From Mobula hypostoma (lineage: Eukaryota), in NCBI RefSeq assembly GCF_963921235.1, contig NC_086097.1:172670001-172734000 (forward strand): a stretch of DNA of 64,000 nt, read 5' to 3'. Each line of letters begins with the position of its first letter. The first letter of the stretch is position 1. Made by a program: the position numbers and the translations under genes. Positions 49,978-62,882 of the stretch are shown here, in pieces. A model generated the notes under the pieces. That model saw nothing but the letters and a program-made list of their open reading frames with translations, was not told the DNA's origin and did no database searches.

Positions 49978-50965
49978 CAGTGGTATCATCAGCACAGCTG
50001 TACATGATAATTGGAGCTGTGCTTAGCCGCACAATCGTAGTTGTAAAGGAGGATGTACAGGAGGCTAAGCACGCATCCTTGAGGATGCTTTATGCCTTTG
50101 AAGATCCTTGAGGATAAAGCCAGTTCTGAAGCAATACACTCATTGTGCAGATTTCAATGTATCAAAACATGTTTTCCAATAACTGAATACCTGTGAAAGA
50201 TTTCTTCTTATTTACTTATTCAAAAGAAGTGGACGTTGCTGTCAATGACAGAATTTATTGTGCTTCCCTAAATACCCTTGAACTGAAGAGGCACAAATAA
50301 CTAATGTATTTACCAAGCCTCCCTCTAATTAGTTTCCTCATTGCCTGTTTGTAAGTGAGCAAAATACCTTTGGCATCTTTCCATTGAGTTTGAACATAAT
50401 GGAGCAAATAATGACCACTTAACAAATGGGGAATACATTGGCAAGTCTTGCTCAAAGTCCCATTTGGCAAGCTACAGTGGACTTTCCTGAATCTGACACT
50501 AATTGGTAGATTCTCAACAGGACTGAGAAATCCAGGTGCCTTCACACCTAGCTTTAATGAGCACCAAAAATTAAGTTGAACCTCTGCAATGTGCAGTTAT
50601 TAAGCCTCACAATTAATTTGATCTCATTGAAGGTCAGTATTAAATTAGCCCGAGCTTGCACTCATGGTGGCCTGATAAGGGCAATATATTCTCAATGTTA
50701 ATAGGCAGGAGCAAACCACTTTTTCAAGGCATAGGTCACCCAATTTCATCGTTGTGTAAGAGACTGTATGCCCTCTATGTTCCTCTTCACCCTTATCCCC
50801 ATGAGTCCCTTCCCACAGGGTAAATCAACACCAATTGATCTAGAAAGATCAATCAGCATACTTGTATTCATAATGATCAGTTGTTAACTGGAAGCTTAGC
50901 TTATCTGGATCTGGATTTAAGATGAACAATATTTGTCACATGTACGTCAAAGCCTCGAAACATAC

Positions 50966-53860
50966 TGAGGCGAGCATTCGGTCCATGATAATGGATGAGA
51001 AAGCTCGCTTAACTCAACAAGCACAAAAACAGACTGGTCACTATGACCTGGGGAGAGAACCCACTCAGTCACATACAGATGGGGGAGGTGATTATAACAC
51101 GCCCTGGTTACAATCAGGGTGACCCTCAAACACACATGCAAATAACTGTGTAACCCAAGCTAAATTGTGATAATAAATGAACCTGAATATCCCACCATAA
51201 TCCTATGAGAGCATTTTAACACAAGAACAATAAATAGCGTTGGTCATTAGGAACGCTGGGGCGGGCTGTCGACCTTGCTCCCCGGAGTGCCATGCTGCAC
51301 TCACCTGAGGGGTCAGTTGTCCCCGCAACCCCAAAGTCCGCAATGAAGTCAGAAGTCCTGGTGGTGGTTGACGCTGCCGCTTGGAGCACTGGGGGCTTCT
51401 GGAGCCTCCTCAGGGGAGGCACTATTTGGTGAGGCAAGAGGCAGGGCACCCAGAGTGTCACTCCCTTCCTTCAGTTTGCTGGGTCGGTGGTGGCCAAAGG
51501 CAGATACGAGGCCAGCTGGTCCTGGTGTAGCATGACTGCCTTCTGCTGCTCGGGCGACCGTACCCGATATACCACATCAGAGAGGCGGTTGAGCACCTCT
51601 CGGCCCCGTCCAGTGGCTTCCCAGCTTGAGGGGATAGTCCCTTCTTCCGGGAGGATTAGTAAACCCATACTGGGACCCCCACCAGTTACTGCCACATTGG
51701 CACCATAGGCTGGCAGCCTGGCCCCTTCCAGGAGCTCTACGTCGTGCTTGTACCCAGGCGAGTAGAAGCGTTTACGCAGCCTGCCCAATGTCATTGTGAC
51801 CCTGAAATGACTGACCCCCACCATGGCGCGGAGCCCCCAGGGGACCACCAGCTGCAGGAGATGTCTGTCGCTGTTGGAAAGATGCCACCACTGGAACAGC
51901 AACCCAGCACGCACCTTCGGCATTTCCCACTGAGAGTATCGGGCTTTGGTCTCTGGATTCAGGGCAGAGACCTCTGCCCTCTCCGGTCGACATCCCATAA
52001 CCAGCCATTCCCTCACCCGGGCCAGCATGGGATCACGCACCTGCCCGTCAGTGGTGGGAGGTCGACCTTGCTACCGGCTGCAACCTCAAGTGCCAGCGCT
52101 GCCACTTGTCCCTTGTCCCGCTGTGTTGTGTTGGGCCACATCGTGGTGTGTTGCACTGAGGCGGGTCGCTGCGAGATCGATGGAGGTTCTTGTTGCACCC
52201 ACCTGGTCCACTTCCTGGAGCTGCCCTGCCAGAGAGCCATGGCTTCAGTGCCGAGGTAGAGTGTTGCCCCCTGGCACATCCACACGGGTCCCCCAGCGGT
52301 ACAGCAGGTCCAGGCCAAAGATACAGGACGCCGAGGAGTCAGCGAGCCAAACTCCGTGCTCCACTGTGTTTTTCCTCACAGTGATGCACCACTGCATCTT
52401 TCCTCTGTTTGGCGCACAGTCCACAGTAGCCAGCTGGGCTGCTGTCGTTGTCCACCCAGGCAGTAATGGCTGGTCCGTGTTGGGGAGGATATGCAGACCG
52501 ATGATGGTGATAGTTGACCGTGTTCACCAAAGTATGGTATCTGATGCAGTCCACGTATAAACCTTGCTCTTCACCCAGACGGCCCAACTGGCCCACCTCC
52601 GGCGGCAACGGACAGATTCTGCTGGATGTCTTGGTCAGTACCACCCACTCACTGTTTCCTGATGGCTGCACTAGGCTGTGGCATGGTGCTGGTGCAGGAC
52701 AGTCCTGGGCTAAATAGCCTGCCTCGTCACACCGGTAGCAGTGTGGAGGGGTCTGTTTTTTTTCTGTCTCACGGGCTCCTCCTTGTCAGTTTCCTCCTCT
52801 GCCTCAGTGGCACAAGCCCGGGCTCACAGCATGCGGGGCGACACTGGGGCTTTGTGGGCTAAAACTGCTCCTTCCCTCTCTGCCTCTGCCAGTACCTCAG
52901 CCAGTGGTGATGGTGATGTCTGGTGAATTTGCTGCCAAAGACATTCTGGCGTCAGCACCTTTACAAAGACGTGGAGGGCAAGCTCTTCCTGGGCTGTGGG
53001 AGGGAACTGAAGGTAGCCATGCCAAACACAGTCGCAAAGGTCTGCTGCAAACGCCCCCAGGCTTTTTCCCACACAGTTCCACCTACAGCCCATTGCTTCC
53101 TTCATTGCTTCCTCCAATGGCCTCAGCCCGAACGTTGCTCCAGCACCACCACAAGGGCCTGTAGTCACGCTGCTCGGCTGGCGTTAGGTCAAGGAGGGCC
53201 TGCAAGGCATCCCCCTCCAGTGCCAGGGCAAGGTGCACCATCATCTCGGTGGGACTCTCCCCATTGTGCCATGTGGCAAGTTTGACTGGCGCCAGGTAAG
53301 GCTCCAGGCAGCTGGACCTATTGTGCCTGGGGAGCTTCAAGGTGGACCTTGTGGCATCAATTGCTGGGACCCATTGGGCTTCCTCTTGCCTCGGTGCCAT
53401 GGGTGGTGCTTGCCAATGTTGCCTGTCCTCCCTTGGCTGCGCCATCTTGTGTTCCCCAGCATGACTCGTGAGGGAGGCAGGTGATGCACTCCGCCATGTC
53501 CCCCAGGTTGAGGACCCTGGGGATGCTCAGTCTGTTGGGCTTTCCTGGAAAGGCACGATGCTCGGTTTCCAACTCAACAACCATTTTTACTGTGACAAGC
53601 ACAAAACAGACCGAGTGCTATGACCTGGGGTGGGAACCCACTCAAGTCGCATACACATGGGAGAGGTAATTATTACATGCCCTGGTTACAGTCACAAACA
53701 CACATGCAAATAATGTATAACCAAAGCTGAAATGTAACTATAAATGAACTTGAACATTTCACTATATTCCCACGAAAGCACTTTAACACAAGAACGATAA
53801 ATAGCGCTGGTCATTAGGAATGCTGAGGTGAGCTGTTGACCACACCCTCCCCCGCCCACA
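50966..53860 (-). mobile_element. Internally deleted Gypsy LTR retrotransposon with both LTRs
   Basis: TG...CA termini and a 4-bp TSD ATAC (50962-50965, 53861-53864). Diverged direct repeats at ~50966-51290 and ~53520-53860. Gag 'LEPYLAPV..HLALALEGDAL'; integrase N-terminal 'DPMLARVREWL...QLVVP...HF.V..TL.RLRKRFY'; C-terminal 'RLSDVVYRV...LHQDQLASY'. It interrupts a SINE-like element (50915-50965 / 53865-54100). Confidence 0.88.
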
Positions 53861-54215
53861 ATACCGTGAAATGTGTTATTTGTGTCAGTGAATAACACAA
53901 TCTCAATATGTGCTGGGGGTAGCCCACAGATGTTGCTAAACTTCCAGCACCAACATAGCATGTCCAAACTTGCAAACTCTAACCCTTACATTTTTAGAAT
54001 GAGTGAGGGACCCGGAGGAAACTAGTGTGGTCACGAGAAGAATATACAAGCTCCTTGCAGACAGCTGCAGGAATTGAATGCTGATCATTGTAAAGCATTA
54101 TGCTACGCTACTCACATATCTCATTTCCCAATGATACTATCCTTACCTACTGAGATGGTGCAGTGATTTCTGTTGTATATAATATACGTACATTACAATT
54201 GTAATACTATGTAAT

Positions 54216-54599
54216 GTGTCAGGGCAAGCGCTCAGTCGGGGGCAGAAGAAACGTTACAAAGACTGCCTGAAAGTGTTCCTCAAAGGCCTGGGTGTCGACA
54301 TCAACACGTGGGAGCCGCTTGCCCTCGACCGTCCAGCTTGGCGCAGCAAGATCACCACAGGAGCCCGTGCAGCTGAAGTCAGGTGCATCATCGAGGCTCA
54401 ACGAAAGCGTTCTGTGCGCAAGGCTCGAGCAGCATCCACTGCCACGACAGCACCCACCCACTTGTGTCCCACATGTGGGCGAGCCTTCAGGGCCCGGATT
54501 GGCCTCATCAGTCACCTCCGGACCCACAGCCACCAATCTCCCATTTGACTTTGAAGCCATGGTCATCTTCGACTATGAAGGACGAACAACACAACAACA
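54216..54599 (+). mobile_element. 5'-truncated RTE LINE (3' end with C2H2 finger)
   Basis: Open 110-aa frame 'GQKKRYKDCLK...WEPLALDRPAWR...CPTCGRAFRARIGLISHLRTH' and a (CAA)n tail. A 10-bp TSD ACTATGTAAT lies at 54206-54215 and 54600-54609. Confidence 0.93.
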
Positions 54600-57379
54600 A
54601 CTATGTAATTACTATTATAAATTCCTTCTGTGTTGTGTTTTCACTCAGAAAAAAAGGAAATTAAGTGTAAGGGGAGAAGAGGGGCAGAGGAGACGAAAGC
54701 GCAGGCAAGGTAAATGGCCTTCAGGACATTTCAAATCACAACCTTCTGGATTCCGCACAATGATTTGTGGACTGTGAGCAGGAGGTGCTGGAGTCCACCA
54801 GCCCTTAATTCCCACATGCATGAAGTCATCACCTGTGCTCCCTACCCACTCACACTCTATCTCTGTCTGGACATGGAGATGTGACCTCACTGATGTTCAG
54901 AACCACAGATTTGGGCAGCAAAGTCTTCACAACTCTTGGTCTTAGATGACAAGTCCTTGCACCTTTCCCCTAGACATCCAGGCAGAAGGCAAAACTGGGA
55001 ACTCTTTCTCCAGTAATTCTAAAAAAAGCCAATCAGCTAATTTAATGCATCTGTGCTTTTTTTTACCATTATTGTAAACGGATTTATTTTCTGGCACCTT
55101 GTAAAACTTTCTTTCACAGCCAGACACACAGTGCTGACTAGAGTGATAACCTAGATCTGGATGACTATTTTGTGAGCATGTGAGCAAGAAATTTCATTGC
55201 ATCCTGGTGTATAAGACAATAATCAATAAACTGCACTAAAATAAACACACTTAGGTAAATGAAAAGGAACTGTTCGATGGCACTGCTCCACTTCTGTCAA
55301 ATGCTAAACTTCCTCACAGACAAAGCAATCATGCAGGAAGGATGGAAGTATATGAACTAAGAAAGAAACTTGTGCCTTTTGGTCTGTTTTTCACTGCATT
55401 ATATAAATGTCTTTTTCGCCTGACTGGCTTGATATTAATTCTGTGACATAAGTCACCTTCCAGTGGGTGAAGTTTACTGCACTGAATTTGCAGCCAGAAT
55501 CTTCATTTAGCTAAGAATATGACAGCAGCTCATGTACGGGTACCTAATTTGTTATCTTGCTTTTCTTTGTGACCTTGAAGAGCTGAGTGCCCACTAGTTT
55601 TAAACTAAGCTGCTTCACACAGCCATGAATATGTAAGCACCATCCCCTGTGGCATTAATTCCCATTCCAGTAACCTGAAGACATAAATCTGAATTGACAT
55701 TGTGCATATCCTGGAGGAGTACTGCCCTTCAGCTCTATCCAATACTTGGATGGGAATGAGAGTGCCTTTGAGTATTTTGTTGGTCGGGGGGGGAATAGGA
55801 GGGAGTTCTCCCCATCTTTGGGGGCAATAGTCACCCTCAACACATCACTTAACATATCCGAAGTCTTTTTCCCAGGACATAAATATGAAATACTGGAGGG
55901 CAGAGCTTTAGGGTGAGAGGGGGAATATTTAGGGGAGATGTGTGGGGCATGGTTTCATATACAGAGGATGGGATCAGTTGCCAGGGATCGTAGTGGAAGG
56001 GAAAAATGCCATCTATGAGGCATTTATTCACGTGAACACGATAACCACTTTAATCACTTTGCACTAAAATGAACTTTCTTTTTACTTGTTCTAATTATTT
56101 TTCCTTGTAAAATTGTTATAATTTATGTTTCCCTTGTGAATGCTGCTTATCTAATACTATGAGCCTGCGGTGCTGCTGCAAGTAAGTTTTTCGTTGCATT
56201 TGTGTACTTGTGCATATGACAATAAACTTGACTTTGATTTTGAACATGTGGGGAATGGTACAGAGTTATTGTGGGCTAACAGGCCTAATCCTCTGCTGTA
56301 CTGTTCTTCATTCGATATTCTTACATATGGAACACCCCACGCTGACCCATGTTAGACCAATGTCTCCACATCAAGTCCCTACCTGAAGAGATTCAGCTTA
56401 GTGCCCTGCAACCATTCACACCATCTCACCTGGCGCCATCAGATGGATTACTATCACATTAATGGCAGCTTCTTCAGCTATACAAGCATATATTTGCATT
56501 ATATGTACACTGGAAGTAAAGCAGAGAGTTCAGCAGGTCAAGCAGCATCTGTACAGGGAGGGAGACACAACTTCCTCGTCTGACTTGCCACAATATCACC
56601 TTCAGTCATCGAGCTCAATTGTTTCTGTACAGGTGCTGTGTTCGTAGCATATTGTAGCTCATTCTCTTTGACTATTGTTTCCATCAGTCATGATATCTGC
56701 TGATGAATTCACAGATGCCTGAGTATTGATTAGATTAATTATTTGCTATTTGGTTTCAACACTTCAGGAGAACAGGCTACATTTCTATTGAAATGTCTCG
56801 ATTTTAAACTAAACTAGCCAGAGTAGACAGAATAAAAAGAAAAATACCCACCAATTACTTACAGAGTTGTGGCAGTCAGCTGACTTGTGCTGACCAATCA
56901 ATTGACTCCTGTTGCTTCACTGTGGAGACAGGCTCACACAGATCCCCTTCCCGTCTCTGTTGCTATGGCTGCAAAGTGTTGGCTGTGATAGACCCTCAAG
57001 CTGTGTTTGTAGCATATTCACCTCTACCTGTGCTCTCCCAGATCCTCTTCCCTTGTTTGCCACTGCTAGTCAGTCAGGTTCTGTGGAGGGATAACTCCCA
57101 TTGCCTCCCAAAAGTGGCAACACGAAAGTTAAGTAGTAAATGGGTAGGGCAAACTTGGCTTCATTTTGGGGCGTTGAGTAATAAAGTCAGGAAGTCATGT
57201 GGCACCTCAATGATTATTGTCCAGGAGCAATGACATCTACTGTGATGAAGAGTTTTAAGGGTCGGTGATTGAAATATATCAATTCCTGCCTGAGAAGTGA
57301 CTTGGATCTGCTATAATTTGCCTACCATCACAACAGGTCAACAGCAAGTGCCATTTCATTCGCTCTTCACTCAACCCTG

Positions 57380-59040
57380 GAAAATCTGGACAGCAAAGTA
57401 GCATACACCTGGATGTTCTTCATTGACTACATCTCAGCATTCAATACTATCATTCCCTCTAAACTAGTACAATAAGTTTCAAGATCCTTGCCCTCAATAC
57501 CTCCTTGTACAACTGCATCCTTGATTTCCTCACTTGTAGACTCCAGTCAGTTCAGATTGGCAACAACATCTCCGCCACAATCACCATCAGCACAGGTGCA
57601 CCACAAGGTTGTGTGTTTCATCTCCTGATCCTATGACTGTGAGGCTAAGTACAGCACTAATGTCATATTTAAGTTTGCTGATGACACTACAGTTGTAATT
57701 GAAATTTAGGAGGGAGATTGAAAATCTGGCTGAGTGGTGCCACAACAACAACCTTTCACTCAATGCCAGCAAAATCAATGAGCTGATTATTGACTTCAGG
57801 AGGAGGAAGCTATAGGTTCATGACCAGGGAATCAGAGGCAGAGAAGATTAGCAAGGAGAGGGAGGAGAAGATCACGGCGCAACGCAGCGCACGCGGCGGC
57901 TCCAAAATGATATCCTATGTGTTAACTAGGGGCCGTGCACAATCCTGATTTGATGGAGATAGACGTGAGAAGCACGGAGGAACACCTGGAGAAACTTCTG
58001 AAATGCCTGCTTCGCTGTCGTTGCTACTGTACAATCGAGAATCTCCGGAGGGAAAGGCCCCAAATCCTCGGCCCTGCCTATTGCCTGTTGCCGGGGCCGG
58101 GGTTGAAGCGCTCGGCTGAGATGGTGCTCAGTGCTCGGTGTCGGAGGGCTGGTCAGAGGCTTGAAGTTTTTGGACGGGATCAAGAGTCGGCTGTGGTTGG
58201 GTGCTTCCAGAATGCTGCATCGGCAAGTTTGCAGTGCTGGAAGCTCATGGCAGGAAGAGTTTTTTTCTTCCTTCTACCATCTGCGTGAGATGATGGGACT
58301 TTTGAGAGACTTTGGGACTTTTTTTTACCGTGCCCATGGTCTGTTCTTCATCAAATTACGGTATTGCTTTGCACTGCTGTAACTATATGTTATAATTATG
58401 TGGTTTTTGTCAGTTTTTCAGTCGGTTTGTCTTGTGTTTCTGTGATATCATTCTGGAGAAACATTGTATCATTTCTTAATGCATGCATTACTAAATGACA
58501 ATAAAAGAGGACCGCGTGTTCTCATAATCTAATCTAATCTAACTTTAAATTCCTTAGCGTTATCATTTCAGAGGATCATTGCTGGTTCCAGCACGTAAGT
58601 GCCATTACAAAAAAGGTACTGCAGTGAGAATACTTTCTCAGAAGTTTGTATGTCATCTATAACTTTGACAAACTATATGTGGTGGAGAGTATATTGACTG
58701 GTTGCATCATGGACTAGTATTGAAACACCACTGCCCTTGAACAGAAAAACCTACAAAAAGGTAGCGGATACAGTCCAGTCCTCACAGATAAATTCCTCCC
58801 TACCACAGAGCACATACACGAGGAGCTCTGTTGCAGGAAAGTAGCATCCATCAGCAAGGACATTACCATCCATGCCATGCTCTCTTCTTGCTACTGCCAT
58901 CAGGAAGGAGGTACAGGTGCCTTAGGTCCCACTCCACCCAGCTTGGGAAGAGTTACTACTCCTCAACATCAGCCTCTTGAACAGGAGTCAGTAATGTCAT
59001 TCACTGCAACTGATTGCCGAATCTATGGACTCACTTTCAA
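57380..59040 (+). mobile_element. Rex-Babar LINE RT-to-3' fragment, interrupted by a SINE-like element
   Basis: TGAPQGCV...KFADDTTV and ELIIDFRR motifs at the DNA level. Homologous to 11300-12250 in the opposite orientation. Confidence 0.85.
57855..58541 (+). mobile_element. SINE-like retroposon, copy 3 of 3
   Basis: Colinear with the copies at 32153 and 44099, with an (AATCT)n tail. Confidence 0.85.
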
Positions 59041-60029
59041 ATGTGTTGGTATTGGGTTTGCTGACTGCAAAGTTCTAAACTCAAATGGAGACCTTAAACC
59101 CTATTCAAATAGATAGCTACAGATACACACACTAAAGGGAGGTTACCTAGTCTTCAAAAACTAGCTCAATTCCCTGTCTATTCTCCATGGTGAGTTTAGC
59201 TGCCAATACCCACTACTTGAGCAGTGGGTCCTCCTATCTATGAAGGAGGAGATACTTCCAACTAACAAAGTAGTTTAAACACAATTCAATTATTTTTAGT
59301 AACACACATTTAAATCCCAACAAAACTGTTGAAACACATTTAAAACTCACCAGGAGTTTTATCTTTAAAAATGGTAAATGGTAAATAATTTCTAAAACAT
59401 TAAGGGTTTCCAAAACGCAGATACAATTCCCATAACCTATTAACTTATAATTTGTCAACGATGCAGACAAATAAATCATCTGTCACAGAAACTGAAGACA
59501 GAAAAATCGATTCTAGTCATCCCATCTTTCTGTCATTCTTATTGATGTTCTTTAACCATTCCTAATAAGCCTGAATTGCTTTCTACATTTATATTGTTTT
59601 TCTGCCATTTGAGTGACTTCACACATACATACAGTGTATGATATTTTCCCACATACCCTTTATTCCAGAAATAGTCTAAAGGTTTCTTGAAGACACAGTT
59701 CCCACATTCCCACAATTAACGCTATGAAGCAGACACTTCAAGCAAACGAACTTTCCAACTATTAACAGATCAGCCCTTCGATATGCTATGCGATATTATT
59801 AATCTGGTCTGCTCTCTTCCTTGAACTAAATAACTTAGCCATTGCTTTACACCGCATCTCTTGAGAAGTCAGACCAGGTGCTGTGAACCTACATGCTGTG
59901 TTCTATAGACAGTGTGTCTCTTTACAAAGCTGTCCTTTCAAATTCAAACTTATTACTGCTTGCCACTTACATTATGAACTAAATACTGATTGCTGTTTAT
60001 GACAAGAAACTAAACAAAGGATATTGGTC

Positions 60030-60470
60030 AGATGGGGCCCCACCTCCCCCTCGTACTCCATCCGTTATTTATTTATATATACACATTCTTTCTCTCTCTC
60101 TCCTTTTTCTCCCTCTGTCCCTCTCACTATACCCCTTGCCCATCCTCTGGGTTCCCCCCCCCTCCGCTTTTCTTTCTCCCTAGGCCTCCTGTCCCATGAT
60201 CCTCTCATATCCCTTTTGTCAATCAACTGTCCAGCTCTTGGCTCCATCCCTCCCCCTCCTGTCTTTTCCTATCATTTCGGATCTCCCCTTCCCCCTCCCA
60301 CTTTCAAATCTCTTATTAGCTCTTCTTTCAGTTAGTCCTGACGAAGGGTCTCGGCCCGAAACATCAACTGTATCTCTTCCTAGAGATGCTGCCTGGCTTG
60401 CTGCGTTCACCAGCAACTTTTATGTGTGTTGCTTGAAATTCCAGCATCTGCAGATTTCCTCGTGTTTGCT
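60030..60470 (+). mobile_element. Penelope-derived 3' segment with hammerhead motif
   Basis: A pyrimidine-rich body, then TAGTCCTGACGAAGGGTCTCGGCCCGAAACATCAACTG (~60333-60370) and the shared GATGCTGCCTG...CCAGCATCTGCAG tail. Confidence 0.8.
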
Positions 60471-60884
60471 GATCTTCATGTGTTCTTTTTAAGGTATAAG
60501 TGAACCACACAGTTTCTTTTTTGCAGCAACTTATTAGATACTTGTTAGATTACTTCAGATGCTCTGGATCAATTCATACTCATCTCCTTGGATAAATCAT
60601 CAAGGCATTTAAACACTAACCCAGCAAATTAACTACTGCTGCATGGGAACCAGGTTACACATAAGCTGGGATTTCAATTGATGATGGAAGAGGATTGTTT
60701 CTTCAATAAGCCAAGGAACCTGATCCTGTTCCTATGTTCCTGTTCTCCTTCTGTCCTATGTCCTCGGCTGAAAAAAAGGTATTGTTCTCAGGTTTAAACA
60801 GGTCTAAAGGACCTTTTCGTGAGGGAGTGTTCCACTCACTGAGTGTTGGAGTGGTGGCTAGTCTTTAAGTGATGGAGTGGTCTC

Positions 60885-61250
60885 CTCATTATAGGAAGGA
60901 TGAGGAAGCTTGTGCTACCTGGATTAGTGAACATGTCTTATGAGGAAAGATTGAGTGAGCCAGGACTTTTCCCTTTGGAGTGAAGGGGGATAGAGATATA
61001 TAAGATGATAAGAGGCATAGACAGTATGGAAAACGAGGGGGTTGGTGATGTCAGAGGTATGTTCTGCTGGGGTGTTGGTAGAGGCAGATAATTAGGGATA
61101 TTAAAGAGACTCTTAGATGGGCACATGGATGAAAGAAAATGGAGGGATATGTGGGAGGGAAGGGTTAAATTGATCTTGGAGTAGGTTAAAAGGTTAGCAC
61201 AACATTTTGGGCCCAGTGGCCTATGCAGCACTGTACTGTTCTGTGTTCCA
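60885..61250 (+). mobile_element. CR1 LINE 3' fragment
   Basis: MSYEERL...GLFPLE..G..IYKMIRGID motif followed by a CR1 tail. Confidence 0.7.
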
Positions 61251-62387
61251 TATCTCTCCTAAGAGCTACAACTCACTTCTCCTTCGGGTAGAGACTCTGC
61301 CAAGATTGATAATTTGAGTTATTTATCATCTTAGATGCGGTTCCACCAACCATTGGCACCTTGTGGAAATGATTCATCACCCATAACATTTCTCACAACT
61401 TACTGGAATATTTTCAATTGCTACTGAGAAATAAAGTGGAGAGGGTTTCAGGCACATCATAAAAGGTGGGATCACGCTGACTTTTAGCCAGAGTTTCTTC
61501 AGAGAACCAATTAACCTTGGCCTCTGTTTGCAGGGGAGGTTGGTGCGGTCAGGCATTGGGGTTTGGGCTGGCAGCCAATCCAGGACGATGCAAATCAATA
61601 GCTTCACCATTTTACCTAATGAAACCTCTTTTCAACTAGCTTAGTTCACAGGCCTCAAAAATATGGAAAAGATTTCAACCTTTTATTTAAAAATATCTGA
61701 AGTTTGATCTGCAGTATATTTCATGTGGGAAAGATATTTTTGTGCACGTGGATCCTGCAGCCCTTCCTGATGAGTCAGTCAGTACTCAGCAAGTGTATTA
61801 AAAGTATTAAAAGTTTCCAAAGATGCACACTTTAAAGGTAATCTGTATTTGGGTCTGATGTTCCTGGAAGGTTATTGTTTTTCCAGTGGGAGCTCTTGTC
61901 TTACTGAAGTCTTTTATTTCAATGTGCATTATATCAATACTTTTAAAAGTGTGTCGGAAAGTGAAGCATGTCAAGAAAGAAAGGAAAGGTTACTTGATAG
62001 CTTAAATTTATTTGCTATTAGTCCCACATTAGTCTGTAGTGCTGTTTTTTTTCTCAGAAATGTTATGCATTATTCATGTCCTACTAGCTATAAATAAATA
62101 ATGATATATAGCTTCAATATAATCCCTTCGAGTTTCTTTGTGGCACTGATAGAAAGTGAATGTGGCAATATCTCAAGACAGTATCAATGAGGTGAAGTGT
62201 TCCCCTTCAAAGACACAGAAAACTACTTTGCAATGACACCTTTGTACAATACATATTATTGTTTCCCAAGTACCTACTGCTATCGATTGTTGAGATTTTT
62301 TTTGCGAGACCTGTTCACAGATGGTTGTGAAGATTTAACTTTGCAACAAGAGACGTGAAGGGCAATGTGCGTATATGTGTAATGAAA

Positions 62388-62882
62388 GAATCAGAAGTAG
62401 GTTAATTGTCACTGAATTATATGTTATGAAATGTATTGTTTTGCAGCAGAAGTACAGTGCAAGACATAAAAATTACTATAAATTACAGAATAAATAAATA
62501 GTGTAAAATGAAAGGAATAACCTAGTGTTCGCAGATTCGTGGACCATTTAGAATCTGATGGAGGAGGGGAAGAAGCTGTTTCTAAATTGTTGAGTGTGGA
62601 TCTTTGGGTGCCTGTAACTCCTCCACACTTGTAGTAACAAAAATGGGGCATATATTGGATGGTGATGGGACATCGTGATGGTTGCCACCTTCCTGAAGCA
62701 CCACCTTGTAAAGATGCCCTTGATGGCAGGGAGGGTTATGTCCATAATGGAGCTAGGGGAGTCTATACCCCCTCCCCACACACACCTGCTGATTCTGTGC
62801 ACTGCAACCTGCAAACCAGGCTCTGATGCAACCAGGCAGAACACTCTCCATCATACATCTACAGAAATTTGTAAGTGTCTTT
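62388..62882 (-). mobile_element. Rex-Babar LINE 3' fragment
   Basis: 'LPAIKGIFTRWCFRKVATI..HHPI...FRNSFFPSSIRF'. Confidence 0.8.

Larger units (their letters stand above)
40580..50090 (-). mobile_element. Old Rex-Babar LINE split into five pieces by later insertions
   Basis: Pieces at ~40580-40922, 43595-43710, 46100-46334, 48550-48697 and 49978-50090 read as consecutive parts of one Rex-Babar 3' half once the inserts are removed. Confidence 0.7.

Noticed and set aside
51744-52560. Overlapping 171-aa and 204-aa plus-strand ORFs
   Set aside because: They are GC-rich antisense frames of the Gypsy interior with no recognisable domain.
54216-54548. C2H2 zinc-finger host gene
   Set aside because: It is the C-terminus of an RTE ORF, with a (CAA)n tail and TSD.
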